DNA from: a virus | Strand: one strand, 5' to 3' | Virus record (IMG/VR): IMGVR_UViG_3300034200_001896 | Location: 1-64,000 of that record | DNA length: 64,000 nucleotides | Part shown: positions 1 to 10,385 of the stretch, piece by piece | Layout: each line of letters opens with the position of its first letter | Position numbering within the stretch: the stretch's first letter is position 1 | Translations under genes and position numbers: made by a program | The notes under the pieces: generated by a model | Told to the model about the DNA's origin: nothing | Seen by the model: only the letters and a program-made list of their open reading frames with translations | Databases searched by the model: none

Positions 1-12
1 CGCAGCGGTGCG

Positions 13-519
13 ATGAATAATCTAATGGATAAAAGATTTACTGGATTAAAGCATTTCTGGTCTGCGGTTGTAGTAGACCGTCCAAAGAATGTTAAGAAGC
101 TACATGAAAACATTGACAAATATAAGCCTGAAGGAGATTTCACAACGGAAGAAACAATTGAAAATCTAACTTCACTTTCTGGTGTATATCCAATCAACCT
201 TGTTGTTGATGCAAAAACTCTAAAGAATATCGAAGATAAATATATTTCTCCGATTGGAGATTATGAACCAGCATTAGGGGAAGTTGTTTGGTTTATTCCT
301 CGCAAGATTACAGAAAAGAAAACAAAGAACGGAAAGATGTTTTGGATTCTTGAGACTACGGATATTACAAACAAGATTACAAACATTAAGTGTTGGGGAG
401 TAAATCCAGAAAAAGATAAGATTTGGCTTAACAGACCATATCTTGGTAAGTTACAGTACGATGAGACATGGGGATTTAGTACCAGAAGCATTAAGCACAC
501 ATTTAAACTTTTAGGATAA
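13..519 (+). CDS. dnaE: DNA polymerase III alpha (DnaE-like) C-terminal OB-fold; gene probably begins upstream of the window
   Basis: KKTKNGKMFWILETTD...IKCWG matches the OB-fold end of PolIII alpha; frame is open from the window start. Confidence 0.65.
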   Translation: MNNLMDKRFTGLKHFWSAVVVDRPKNVKKLHENIDKYKPEGDFTTEETIENLTSLSGVYPINLVVDAKTLKNIEDKYISPIGDYEPALGEVVWFIPRKITEKKTKNGKMFWILETTDITNKITNIKCWGVNPEKDKIWLNRPYLGKLQYDETWGFSTRSIKHTFKLLG

Positions 520-522
520 AAT

Positions 523-861
523 ATGACAGAACAAAGACCTTGGGGATATTATAAAATTTTAGAAGATGCCGATACGCATAAAGTTAAACGTATTTGTGTT
601 AATCCAAATCAGCGTTTAAGTTTGCAATCTCATGCAAAACGTGAAGAATTATGGATTGTATTAAAAGGTAGAGGTTATGTAACTTTAGATGATAAAGATA
701 TTTTAGTAATTCCCGGCTCTATTATACGTATACCATTAGGAGCAAAGCATCGTGTAAAAAACGATGGTGTGGAAGATTTAGAATTTATTGAAGTTCAAAC
801 AGGTAGTTATTTTGGCGAAGATGATATTGTTCGCTATAGCGATGATTATGGGAGAGCATAA
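523..861 (+). CDS. Cupin, type II mannose-6-phosphate isomerase C-terminal domain
   Basis: RPWGYY, VKRICVNPNQRLSLQSH..REELW, IEVQTGSYFGEDDIVRYSDDYGR. Confidence 0.9.
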   Translation: MTEQRPWGYYKILEDADTHKVKRICVNPNQRLSLQSHAKREELWIVLKGRGYVTLDDKDILVIPGSIIRIPLGAKHRVKNDGVEDLEFIEVQTGSYFGEDDIVRYSDDYGRA

Positions 862-862
862 T

Positions 863-1258
863 ATGAAAATAGTAGCTGCTAGCGGTTATTTCAACCCTTT
901 ACACAAGGGTCACGTAGAATATCTAGAAAAAGCAAAATCACTAGGCGATAAGTTAGTTGTTATTGTTAATAGTGACCACCAACGAGCTTTAAAAGGCTCA
1001 AAAGAATTTATGAGTCAAGAAGAACGAATGATTATTGTTAAGGCTTTACGCTGTGTAGATGAAGTGATACTATCAGTTGATACGGATGCAACTGTTTGTG
1101 AAAGTTTGAGGTTAGTAAAACCGCATATTTTTGCTAAAGGTGGAGATAGATTTGCTAGTGAGATTCCAGAAGCAAAAGTATGTGATGAATTAGGCATTAC
1201 GATGGTAGATGGTTTAGGTAATAAAATTCAAAGCTCTTCATGGTTATTAGGAAAGTAA
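863..1258 (+). CDS. Cytidylyltransferase-like nucleotidyltransferase (TagD/RfaE-II/RibL family)
   Basis: SGYFNPLHKGH (HxGH), VIVNSD, FAKGGDR, QSSS; likely start ATG 863 rather than 788. Confidence 0.88.
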   Translation: MKIVAASGYFNPLHKGHVEYLEKAKSLGDKLVVIVNSDHQRALKGSKEFMSQEERMIIVKALRCVDEVILSVDTDATVCESLRLVKPHIFAKGGDRFASEIPEAKVCDELGITMVDGLGNKIQSSSWLLGK

Positions 1259-1259
1259 A

Positions 1260-1427
1260 ATGGAAGAAAAAGAAAAATGTTGCAGAGCACATCCCATGTA
1301 TGATACTCTAGCTTGTCAGCTAGAAAAAGGTCATGAAGGTCTACATAAAACCATGTTCCATTATGAAACATTAAAATGGGGTATTCCAACATACGAAGAA
1401 TTATATGATAGCAAAAGGACTAAATAA
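1260..1427 (+). CDS. 55-aa hypothetical protein with C/H motif (not in ORF track)
   Basis: MEEKEKCCRAHP...CQLEKGHEGLH...; fills the gap between two genes, TAA overlaps the dut ATG. Confidence 0.6.
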   Translation: MEEKEKCCRAHPMYDTLACQLEKGHEGLHKTMFHYETLKWGIPTYEELYDSKRTK

Positions 1428-1867
1428 TGATTAAACTACAATGCAAGAAGCTAACTGAAACTGCAAAACTACCATCAAAAGCACATACAGAAGATGCAGC
1501 TTATGATTTGTTTGCGGACATTCCATCAGGTCATATTTATATTCCGTCTGGTCAAACAAGAATTGTTCAAACAGGTATGGCTATTATGCCCCCGTTGGGA
1601 TGGAGTTGCGATATTCGTGGTCGAAGTGGAATGTCCAGTAAAGGTAAACTAGTAGCACTTGGTTTAGTGGATGCTTATTATACTGGTCCTTGGGGTATTA
1701 TTCTTTATAACAGCACACCAGAAACAATTGAAATTAATCATCATGATAAGATTGCTCAGTTTACAGTAAATCGTGTTAACGATAGCGTATTAGATTTAGT
1801 TAATGATTTTGATATTCCATCTAATACTAGAGGTGAGGGCGGTTTTGGCAGTACAGGGCATAAATAA
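1427..1867 (+). CDS. dut: Trimeric dUTPase
   Basis: AAYDL, GRSG, GLVDAYYTG, DKIAQ, RGEGGFGSTG motifs. Confidence 0.95.
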   Translation: MIKLQCKKLTETAKLPSKAHTEDAAYDLFADIPSGHIYIPSGQTRIVQTGMAIMPPLGWSCDIRGRSGMSSKGKLVALGLVDAYYTGPWGIILYNSTPETIEINHHDKIAQFTVNRVNDSVLDLVNDFDIPSNTRGEGGFGSTGHK

Positions 1868-2115
1868 TGGCATACCAAATTGGTGAATTGATTCTATTCC
1901 ATGATTCCGAAGGAAATGTAGATGATACTGCTATAGTATTAGGTAGCCGAATAATGATGCATTCAGAACATTATTATCCAGCGCATGCTAGTGAATTAAT
2001 TTACAAGATTCACTTAACGGAAGATGGACGTACTCTAGAATATCCCGAACATCATTTACGAATGAGAGCAAGTAGTAGAAAAGAATACGAGGATAAATAT
2101 GGGTTCAAGAAGTAA
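1867..2115 (+). CDS. Small SH3/KOW-like hypothetical protein
   Basis: YQIGELI...AIVLG...YKIH pattern shared with the paralog family. Confidence 0.55.
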   Translation: MAYQIGELILFHDSEGNVDDTAIVLGSRIMMHSEHYYPAHASELIYKIHLTEDGRTLEYPEHHLRMRASSRKEYEDKYGFKK

Positions 2116-2350
2116 GACGGGTAATAAAAAGAAAAAACTTGAAAACAAAATGGCTCAACAGGCTGCGCTTATTTTACAAATACCAGACAAATGTAAAACT
2201 TGTGGAGAACCATTTGACAAAAAGAACAAAATGATGGTAATGTCATGGTTCGTAGAAGTTTATAATGAACAAAAGCGTGTAGATTTATATTGTCCAAAAT
2301 GCAACGAAGATAGGAACAAACATGAAACTTCAAGAAACGCTAGCATTTGA
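2099..2350 (+). CDS. Zn-ribbon hypothetical protein
   Basis: CKTC...CPKC. Confidence 0.6.
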   Translation: MGSRSKTGNKKKKLENKMAQQAALILQIPDKCKTCGEPFDKKNKMMVMSWFVEVYNEQKRVDLYCPKCNEDRNKHETSRNASI

Positions 2351-3350
2351 TGATGTCTTACTAGTACCACAATATTCTGATATAGATTCTAGAAAACAAA
2401 CAGATATTTCTTCTTATCTTGATGATACAATCAAGTTACAAATTCCCATTATCTCAAGTCCTATGGATACTGTCACTGGTGAAGCAATGGCATGTGAATT
2501 AAGTATTCTTGGCGGTTTGGGGATTATTCATAGGTATAACACTCCAGACCAACAGGCTGACATGGTTAAATATTGTAAAGATAATATGGCCGGTTCAGTT
2601 GGTGCAGCAATTGGGTCTACTGGAGATTTTCTTGAAAGAACAGAAAAGCTATTAAACGCTGGTGTTAATGTCCTATGTGTAGATGTAGCTCACGGCGACC
2701 ATATATCGGTGAAGAATGCTATTGCTGCTATAAGAGCAAAGTTTGGTTACAAAATTCACATAATGGCAGGAAATGTGGCCACCAAAGAAGCTTTTGAACG
2801 TTTGTCAGATTGGGGTGCAGATAGCATACGTGTTGGTGTTGGAGGTGGCAGTATTTGCAGCACAAGAATTCAGACAGGTCACGGCGTTCCAACTTTCTGG
2901 TCTGTCTCAGAATGTTCTAATACATCCAAGAGGGCAAGATTGATTGCAGATGGTGGTATTAAAACATCTGGCGATATTGTTAAATCTCTTGCCGTAGGAG
3001 CCGACTTTGTTATGTTGGGTTCTATGTTAGCTGGTACCGATGTGTCACCGGGAGATATTTTTGAAGAGAACGGTAAACAATATAAAGTTTATCGTGGCAT
3101 GGCTAGCAAGGAAGCCCAAATGGATTGGAAGGGAAGCTATTCCAGCTTTGAAGGCGTAACTTCTAAAGTACTTTATAAAGGACATTTACCTAATATACTT
3201 GACGACATTACAAGAAACATTAGAAGCGGTCTTTCCTATAGTGGCGCTAAAAATTTGATTGAACTACGTGCTAAAGCCAAATTTATTAAACAATCTAATG
3301 CTGCTCAAATTGAAAGCTCTCCACATATTTTAATTAAAAATGGAAAATAA
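2322..3350 (+). CDS. guaB: IMP dehydrogenase / GMP reductase family protein without CBS domains
   Basis: LAFDDVLLVP, SSPMDTVT, DVAHG, GVGGGSICSTR (catalytic Cys), IADGGI, YRGMAS; IMPDH versus GMPR not resolved. Confidence 0.85.
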   Translation: MKLQETLAFDDVLLVPQYSDIDSRKQTDISSYLDDTIKLQIPIISSPMDTVTGEAMACELSILGGLGIIHRYNTPDQQADMVKYCKDNMAGSVGAAIGSTGDFLERTEKLLNAGVNVLCVDVAHGDHISVKNAIAAIRAKFGYKIHIMAGNVATKEAFERLSDWGADSIRVGVGGGSICSTRIQTGHGVPTFWSVSECSNTSKRARLIADGGIKTSGDIVKSLAVGADFVMLGSMLAGTDVSPGDIFEENGKQYKVYRGMASKEAQMDWKGSYSSFEGVTSKVLYKGHLPNILDDITRNIRSGLSYSGAKNLIELRAKAKFIKQSNAAQIESSPHILIKNGK

Positions 3351-3654
3351 TGGTAAAAAATTAGTTTTTAATATCGATGAAGACATACATGCACGTTTTA
3401 AGATTGCTTTATATTACGACCGTATGGGTCAATCAACGTTTATTAAACATATTATTGCGGGTTATTTAACTAACAACAAACATTTACGCAATTTTATGGA
3501 TGAAGTATTAGCTGAAAAACTGAGTAAAGCTAAAAAACGTAATAGAGCCAGAGACAGAAAAGAAGAAAAGCAAACAATAAACGATTTTGCTCTAAATGAA
3601 CAAGAAATACAGAATATATTTGACCTAATAGAAAGCGAGAATCCAGATTTATGA
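3340..3654 (+). CDS. Possible ribbon-helix-helix DNA-binding protein
   Basis: KKLVFNIDEDIHARFKIAL...QSTFIKHII fits the RHH strand-helix-helix pattern. Confidence 0.5.
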   Translation: MENNGKKLVFNIDEDIHARFKIALYYDRMGQSTFIKHIIAGYLTNNKHLRNFMDEVLAEKLSKAKKRNRARDRKEEKQTINDFALNEQEIQNIFDLIESENPDL

Positions 3655-3893
3655 GTCATTTTAAAAGTTGCGTACAGGCTTGCCAAAAATTGAACGTTTC
3701 ATGCCCAAACAAAGAATGTAGGCAATGGATAAAATACGAAGAAGACTTAAATTGTGCACTAATTACAGTGGAAAAAAACGATAAGATGACACTTCGTGAT
3801 GTAGCCAAAAGACTAAATTATAGTTTTGTACGTGTAAAGCAGATAGAAGAAAGCGCTTTAGAAAAAATGAATAAAAGATTAAGCAAATTATAG
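3651..3893 (+). CDS. Stand-alone sigma-70 region-4-like HTH protein with Cys-rich N-terminus
   Basis: MTLRDVAKRLNYSFVRVKQIEESALEKM resembles the sigma region 4.2 consensus. Confidence 0.75.
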   Translation: MSHFKSCVQACQKLNVSCPNKECRQWIKYEEDLNCALITVEKNDKMTLRDVAKRLNYSFVRVKQIEESALEKMNKRLSKL

Positions 3894-3981
3894 TAAAAGT
3901 CATAGATTTATGTACTTTTTGAAGTTAAGTTGACTATTTATTTTAAATTTGTGTTCAACAAATTATTTTAGGAGATAATAC

Positions 3982-4872
3982 ATGAGCAAAAAACAATTAT
4001 TAAACGAATCTGAGATTCGTCGTTTTATGAAGTTAGCCAATCTTGAGCCTTTAACCAAGGCCGTAGTAACAGAAATGGCTGCTGTTAATCAAATTCCACA
4101 AGACACTCGCCGTCCAGAAACAGGCATGCAACAAGAAATGATGGGACAGGAAAACGAAGCAGAAGGTCTTTCTATGGAAGCTGAAGATGCTATGGAAGTA
4201 GAGGTAGGCGAAGAAGCAGAGCCAGAAAAACAAGCTGCTTTCGAAGCAGCTGTTAAAGCCTTGGCAGATGCTATGGGCATTGAAGTGGAATTAGAAGGTT
4301 CTGGTGAAGAAGGTGAAGCTGGCGAAGAAATGCCCGACTTAGATATGGGTGGCGAAGAAGAAGCAGGTGAAGAAGAGGCAGGCCAAGAAGAAGCTGGCGA
4401 AGAAGAAAAAGAAGAAATGGATGAAGCTAAAAAAGAAGAAGGCGAAGAAGAATTAGATGAAGCTAAAAAAGATGATGAAGACGAAGAAGAAAAGCAAGAT
4501 GAAAGCAAGAAACTTTCTGAAGATTCTCTCGTAGAAGCAGTATTAGCTCGCGTAACTGCTCGCTTAGTTGCCGAAGCAAAGAAAAAGAAAATGTCTGCCA
4601 AAGAAAAGATGAAGATGAAGGCAAAAGAAAAGAAGGCAGAAAAGAAAGAAGTTGTAGAAGAAGCTACTGATTCAAAGGGTGGTGGTCCATTGTTAAGCAA
4701 GGGTGGCAATAAGCATGACGTATGGAAGGGCCACGCTGACATGGCATATGCTAAAGGCAAAGAAGGTAAAGGTGGTCACCAAATGGAAGACCTAGCTGCC
4801 AAAGCAGAACACACTGTAACACACGGTGGTAAAAACCTTGCAACATTAGGTGGTAACAAGAAGAAAGTATAA
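3982..4872 (+). CDS. Very acidic and basic low-complexity protein, probable head scaffold or internal protein
   Basis: LLNESEIRRFMKLA leader, E-rich repeats, RBS AGGAG, ACTATTTA at 3933. Confidence 0.55.
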   Translation: MSKKQLLNESEIRRFMKLANLEPLTKAVVTEMAAVNQIPQDTRRPETGMQQEMMGQENEAEGLSMEAEDAMEVEVGEEAEPEKQAAFEAAVKALADAMGIEVELEGSGEEGEAGEEMPDLDMGGEEEAGEEEAGQEEAGEEEKEEMDEAKKEEGEEELDEAKKDDEDEEEKQDESKKLSEDSLVEAVLARVTARLVAEAKKKKMSAKEKMKMKAKEKKAEKKEVVEEATDSKGGGPLLSKGGNKHDVWKGHADMAYAKGKEGKGGHQMEDLAAKAEHTVTHGGKNLATLGGNKKKV

Positions 4873-4902
4873 TAGATAGTCATAGTATTATTTCCTAAAG
4901 CT

Positions 4903-4939
4903 CACCGGCATATCCCGTAAAAAGGTGTGCCGGTGTTTT
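4903..4939 (+). terminator. Intrinsic terminator-like hairpin
   Basis: CACCGGCA...TGCCGGTG followed by TTTT. Confidence 0.6.
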
Positions 4940-4957
4940 AGGTTTAAGGATAAAACA

Positions 4958-5230
4958 ATGCAAATTTCCAAAAAACAATTAAAAGACATCATTGCAGAAG
5001 AAATGGAAACCGTTTCTAATGAAAAAGATACCGTAGAAACTCTATTAGAAGGTTATGCAGCCGATTATGATGCTAATGAAACCACGGTTTCTAAAGAAGC
5101 ACTAATTGACTTTCTAAATGTTCTAGAAGAAGGCACGATTCCATTAGAAGCTTTTCAAGCATTCATGGAAAACATGCCAGAACAAACTGTTACTGGTATA
5201 TTAAGTGAAGTTGTAGAAACAGAAGAATAA
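4958..5230 (+). CDS. Acidic hypothetical protein with MQISKKQLKDIIAEE leader
   Basis: RBS AAGGA before ATG 4958. Confidence 0.7.
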   Translation: MQISKKQLKDIIAEEMETVSNEKDTVETLLEGYAADYDANETTVSKEALIDFLNVLEEGTIPLEAFQAFMENMPEQTVTGILSEVVETEE

Positions 5231-5303
5231 AATACTTGTTAAAACCCACTCTTCCTTTTGTTATTATAGGATGTAGTGGGTTTTGTGTATCTAAAGGATA
5301 TAT

Positions 5304-5675
5304 ATGAATTTTTTTTATTTCTGTATGGGGTTTCTTTTTTGTGGTTTTTTATTTGAAATTTTAAAAGCATTTTCCATAAAAGAATCTTTTATAATTGTTG
5401 AAAAACAATTTTTGCTTGGTGCAATGTATCTTATACAGTTTAAATATCATGCTATTCAGATATTGGAATTATCTTATGCAGAAGCAGCAGAAACAAAACC
5501 AGAGAAGGCAGAAGAATGCAAAGTAGTAGTTGCTAAAATACATGAAAAGTTTAATAGTTTTGGAGATACATGGGTAAAGAATTTTATTGCATTATTACCA
5601 TATAAAACAGAATATAATGATTGGAATTCTGCGATACTATATGTTGAGCGACTAATTAATAAAGATAAAGGCTAA
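5304..5675 (+). CDS. Hypothetical protein with N-terminal TM segment
   Basis: Hydrophobic N-terminus, RBS AAGGA. Confidence 0.6.
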   Translation: MNFFYFCMGFLFCGFLFEILKAFSIKESFIIVEKQFLLGAMYLIQFKYHAIQILELSYAEAAETKPEKAEECKVVVAKIHEKFNSFGDTWVKNFIALLPYKTEYNDWNSAILYVERLINKDKG

Positions 5676-5686
5676 GGCTTAACAAC

Positions 5687-5992
5687 ATGAGTATGGCAAT
5701 TATGATGGATGATAAAGATAAAGAACTATTATTAAAAGAGATATTGAAAAAATATCTAAAAAAAGAAGATAATATTTATCTCTCAGAAAGGCTATTTATT
5801 GCAAAATCAGTTTTAAATTGGATTTTTGAAAATAGCAAACATCCTAATGTTATTAAGCTTTATGTAAAAGATTTGGAAAAATATTTAAACGGCGAGATGG
5901 ATTTAAAATGGATTAATGGCATAATTACCAAAAAATCCAAGAAAGAAAACAAAAATGATAACAAGAAAACAAAAGACACAAAAGAAGAATAA
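5687..5992 (+). CDS. Hypothetical protein
   Basis: ORF packed in the operon. Confidence 0.55.
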   Translation: MSMAIMMDDKDKELLLKEILKKYLKKEDNIYLSERLFIAKSVLNWIFENSKHPNVIKLYVKDLEKYLNGEMDLKWINGIITKKSKKENKNDNKKTKDTKEE

Positions 5993-6623
5993 AACAGGTA
6001 TGCCAGAAAATCCTAAAATTGAACATTTAGAAAAATTGCTTGATGTACCTATGTTTCAGATAGAACAAGCTTCTGCTGAGCCTATGAGAGTTGTTGGACT
6101 TTTTGGTGATGTAAATGAACAAACTTGTGCAGATGTGGTACAAAATCTATTAGTATTAAGCAAACAAGGAGAGATTCCAAAGGATGAACGTAAGGATAAA
6201 TATACACACCCGCCTATTGAATTTTATCTTAATACACATGGTGGAAGTGCCAGCGATATGTTTGCGATTTATGATATGATGCGCAATGCAAAAAAGAATT
6301 GTGAAATTCACACAATAGGTATTGGTAAAATAATGAGTGCTGGTGTTTTGCTATTAGCAGCAGGCACAAAAGGTAAGCGTAAAATTGGCTCTAATGCACG
6401 TGTTATGATTCATTCAGTTTTGGGCGGTAGCGAAGGCCCGTTATTTAATCTTGAAAATGAAATGAACGAAATACGTTTCGTTCAAGAAAAATACAGCAAA
6501 GCATTAACACGTGAAACAAATCTTACTGCAAAAGCAATGAAAGATTTATTAGAGAAGCACGTTAACATTTATTTATCAGCTGAAGAAGCAGTTAAATATG
6601 GAATTGCAGACGAGGTATTCTAA
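5955..6623 (+). CDS. clpP: ATP-dependent Clp protease proteolytic subunit
   Basis: YLNTHGGS, MSAG (catalytic Ser), GTKGKR, RVMIHS (His), YLSAEEAVKYGIADEV. Confidence 0.92.
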   Translation: MITRKQKTQKKNKTGMPENPKIEHLEKLLDVPMFQIEQASAEPMRVVGLFGDVNEQTCADVVQNLLVLSKQGEIPKDERKDKYTHPPIEFYLNTHGGSASDMFAIYDMMRNAKKNCEIHTIGIGKIMSAGVLLLAAGTKGKRKIGSNARVMIHSVLGGSEGPLFNLENEMNEIRFVQEKYSKALTRETNLTAKAMKDLLEKHVNIYLSAEEAVKYGIADEVF

Positions 6624-6624
6624 A

Positions 6625-8388
6625 GTGTCAGACAAATTAGAGAAATTAATAGAAAGTTTTTTTGCTAATCAAGAAAATATATTTGGTGTTGAACAAATTG
6701 ATAAACTCATCAAAGAGGCTGTTTTGGAAGAAGCTGTTTTTACTTATGAAAAAATGGCAGAGCCAAAATATTTTAACGCTTGGGTAGAGAGAATACAAAA
6801 AGGCGAACCATTTACAATAGAAATAGGAACTGAAAAATCAGAAATTATTATTTCTCCTGAGTTTGCTGACGTGCTAGAATCTACTAATGGTGATGAAGAG
6901 CAGCTTAAAAAAATATTTAAACCTTTAGGTAGATATATACCTGTCATACCGGCTACTGATGGAAAAAAATATTCTATTAATCAAATAAGTAAAGAAACTT
7001 TTACCGGTAAAAAAGGTGCTGGAGAAGTATCGCTTAAAGGTGATACCAATATCAAAGAAGGATTGGTTTGTTATTTTTATACTTTAGATAATTCTATCTT
7101 AGATAAAATAGAACAAAAAATAATCAAAAATGCAAATGTTAAGCTTAATTTGGAATATGGAATTTCTGCTAATTCTTCCTTAGTAGGCGATTTGGCGTCT
7201 AATAAACTAAAGGCATCAATTGATTATTTAAGTAATCAAGCAATTTCTAAAGAAGAAAAAGCTACTTATCTAAATGCTCTATCTTGCGCTAGAACAATAA
7301 AAAACATTTCCGATGGTGAAATAATAGATAGAGGAACCCTTTTTAATGAAATAAGAAATGTTGGCAGCGCTTTAACGCAACAACCACCTGATAAATGGTG
7401 CCCCGGTGATGTTTATTTGTATAAAAAGGAAAATATTGCTGCCATTAAACAAATTGTTTCAAGGTCTTCAAGTGATAAAACGGTTGTTAATGTAGTAAAT
7501 AAAGGCAAAATAATGAAAGTAGGCATTAATTCTCTTTTTGACGAAGACATGCCTTTGATTAAAGCAGTTTCTTTAAAAGAACAAGATGCTCAGCACGGCA
7601 GGGCAACAAGTTTTATAACAGCTAAAAATATTAAAGGCGAAGAAATTACTAAATATGAAATGCCAGAAAAGCAAGCAAAATTATTAATTAAATTACAAAA
7701 TATTAAAAAAGGCGCAGATGCATTAAAGAAATCTGGAAAATTAGTTAACAAGGAAGATGAATTAATTAATTTGGCAACAAAAACTCCTGATATCACTAAA
7801 ATTGATGAAGAAAAAAATAATAAGATTCTAAAGCAAATTGACGAATTGATAACTTATTATCAATCTTCTTACGAAAACGAAAAACAACAATTTATTAAAT
7901 CTTTAGGAGATAAAAAATACGGTATTGGTAAAATAGAAACAGCTTCTAGTAGAGCGGAAAGAGAATTGGATAGATTTGAAAAATTATTTTTCTTAGCAAG
8001 TAAAGAAGCATGCTATAAATTTATGAATAATTTTTTAATTAATTTTGAAAAGTTAAAAAATATTAGTGATACTATGAAACAATACTATAATCCGTTCTTA
8101 GCGTTGACTGCTTATGGAGTAGCACTTACTGGCTTTAATCCGTCCTTCTATAAAGTTAAAGCTTCAAAAGATGGTAAGCCAACAGAACCTTCGTTATTTC
8201 AAGGAAGAAATACTCTTTCTATGTCTTCTGAAGCGGTTACAATTATAGATACAAAAAATAAAGCTGGCTTCCTGTTTGAATTCGTTACCAAGATGGGTGA
8301 AAAGCTATACGTTACTCGTCTAGATACACGTTTTGATAAGGGAGTAAATATATCAGTACAAGTAGATGAATTCAAAGAAACAAATTAA
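6625..8388 (+). CDS. Large hypothetical protein, restriction-endonuclease-like fold suspected
   Basis: IKEGLV...PDKWCPGDVY...AVSLK fits a PD-(D/E)xK-like E..PxD..SLK pattern; likely GTG start. Confidence 0.5.
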   Translation: MSDKLEKLIESFFANQENIFGVEQIDKLIKEAVLEEAVFTYEKMAEPKYFNAWVERIQKGEPFTIEIGTEKSEIIISPEFADVLESTNGDEEQLKKIFKPLGRYIPVIPATDGKKYSINQISKETFTGKKGAGEVSLKGDTNIKEGLVCYFYTLDNSILDKIEQKIIKNANVKLNLEYGISANSSLVGDLASNKLKASIDYLSNQAISKEEKATYLNALSCARTIKNISDGEIIDRGTLFNEIRNVGSALTQQPPDKWCPGDVYLYKKENIAAIKQIVSRSSSDKTVVNVVNKGKIMKVGINSLFDEDMPLIKAVSLKEQDAQHGRATSFITAKNIKGEEITKYEMPEKQAKLLIKLQNIKKGADALKKSGKLVNKEDELINLATKTPDITKIDEEKNNKILKQIDELITYYQSSYENEKQQFIKSLGDKKYGIGKIETASSRAERELDRFEKLFFLASKEACYKFMNNFLINFEKLKNISDTMKQYYNPFLALTAYGVALTGFNPSFYKVKASKDGKPTEPSLFQGRNTLSMSSEAVTIIDTKNKAGFLFEFVTKMGEKLYVTRLDTRFDKGVNISVQVDEFKETN

Positions 8389-8396
8389 TTATAAAA

Positions 8397-9635
8397 ATGT
8401 TTAAACAATATCTCCTTGAACAAATTAAAAAGTCTCTTGAAGAAGAAATGGCTAACCAAGAGAAATTAATGTCTGATATTAAAAAATCATTATCAGATAT
8501 TGAAGGTTTATCCGTTACCGATTCTAATAAAAGTGATATGGCTATCGTTGTTCGTGTAGAAGATAAAGACCAAATAGAAAAAACTAGAAAAAAAGTACGT
8601 TCTGCCATAAAAGGTAGTGGTGTTAATTTAGAAGATAAGGTGGTAGCTAAATATGACCCAAGCATTGAATGCACTATTGCAGAATATAAGGATGGCTCTG
8701 GTCGTGTTTATGTAGTATATAAGTATGATATTGGTTCCCGTGAAGGATTAGCTTTAGAACACATTGTACAGTTTTTACTAACCAGAAAGATAACTGATGA
8801 ATTAAAGAACCGCCTTGATTTATCTCCCGAAGCAAGCAAGGAAGAAGTTAAGGCAAAATTAAAAGGCGATTATGCCGACGTATTAGATGTAGCTTTAAAA
8901 GGCAAACAATTAATAGAAAAGAAAATTGGGCAAGTGGTTAATGCAGAAAGTGTTGGTAGCGCCAACAATAAAGCAGACTTGGTGCTAACATTAAGTGATG
9001 GAAGAAAAGTTGGTCTATCCATTAAACTGGTTACCGAAGAAGGACGTGGTGTGAGATTTACTTATAATAAGAATCTTGGATACGGTGACGAGAAGGATGA
9101 TAATCTTGTACGTAATCCAAGTGGTAAACCTTGGTGGATGGTAGGCCGACAGATATTTGCAAGTAAAGTGGGAAGTAGAAAATATAGTCCCGGCGCAGAA
9201 GATTATGAAGCACCATCATGGATGGTATCGGCAAAAGAAAAACATCCAGATATATACAAAGAAGCAATGAGCGAACTCTATACAAAAGTTCGTGACGTAT
9301 TGACAACTAATTTGCGACGTATAAAATTAAAAGAATTGGTTGCAATGGTTAATGAAGCACATATGGGCGTTGAAGATGAAAGAAGTGAATACGATGATTT
9401 TTATGTCTTAACAAGTACCAGTGAAGGTGTTAAGTTAGAGTCCAAAGATGGTGGTAAGCCAGATTTAGAAACTATTAAAGCCAAAGGTATGAACAAAGCT
9501 GATATTGTTAGACAGGAAGATAGCCGTATAGTTATTGACATTCCCGGCCTAGAGCCGCTAACAATACACAGCGTTAAGTTCCATAGCGATATGTTGAGCG
9601 ATGACAAGCAGAATTTAAAAATTAAGACCCGATGA
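8397..9635 (+). CDS. PD-(D/E)xK nuclease-like protein
   Basis: GLALEH...KADLVL...VGLSIK. Confidence 0.55.
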   Translation: MFKQYLLEQIKKSLEEEMANQEKLMSDIKKSLSDIEGLSVTDSNKSDMAIVVRVEDKDQIEKTRKKVRSAIKGSGVNLEDKVVAKYDPSIECTIAEYKDGSGRVYVVYKYDIGSREGLALEHIVQFLLTRKITDELKNRLDLSPEASKEEVKAKLKGDYADVLDVALKGKQLIEKKIGQVVNAESVGSANNKADLVLTLSDGRKVGLSIKLVTEEGRGVRFTYNKNLGYGDEKDDNLVRNPSGKPWWMVGRQIFASKVGSRKYSPGAEDYEAPSWMVSAKEKHPDIYKEAMSELYTKVRDVLTTNLRRIKLKELVAMVNEAHMGVEDERSEYDDFYVLTSTSEGVKLESKDGGKPDLETIKAKGMNKADIVRQEDSRIVIDIPGLEPLTIHSVKFHSDMLSDDKQNLKIKTR

Positions 9636-9723
9636 TAAAGAAAGGCGTGGTGTTTTGTGAAGAAAACGTTTCTTTCATCATCACGGTATTACCGTTGCTA
9701 ATATTAGATACTAATTATAGTAT

Positions 9724-10383
9724 ATGAAAACTAACGGAATATATTGCATAGAAAATACTATAAATAACAAAAAATATATTGGCAGCAGTATTGATTGCGA
9801 CCATAGATGGTATATACACATTTGGCATTTAAAAAGGAAAGACCATCCAAATATACATTTACAAAGTGCGTGGGATAAATACGGAGAAAGTAATTTTAAA
9901 TTTTATCTCATAGAACAAAATATATTAGAAGAACAACTTCTTTCTAAAGAGCAATATTATATGAGTGTGTATAACACTCTTGATAGAGAATATGGATATA
10001 ATATTGCTGCCGACACAACTGCTCCAATGAAAGGCAGAAAACACTCTGAAGAATCTATAATGTTAATGTCCGAAAGAAAAAAGGGAGAAAAAAACAATTT
10101 CTTTGGCAAGCATCATTCAGAGGAAACAAAAGAAAAATTACGTAAAGGAAAAATAGGAAAAAAATTATCTCCCGAGCATAGATTAAAAGTAATTAAAAAT
10201 ATACATAAAATTGGAGCAGAAAACATAAACGCTAAATTAAATTTAGAATTAGTTAAACAAATGAGAGAAGAATATAAAAATAATAAATCTATAGAAATAA
10301 TAAAAAAATATTCTGAAATAACTGGCGTGCATTGTAGTACAATAAGACGAGTATTAAATAACAAAACTTGGAAAGAGAATTAA
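9724..10383 (+). mobile_element. Free-standing GIY-YIG homing endonuclease with NUMOD3 repeats
   Basis: GIYCIEN...KYIGSS...R...H, YGYNI, GRKHSEES/GKHHSEET; inserted directly upstream of groEL. Confidence 0.92.
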
Positions 10384-10385
10384 AA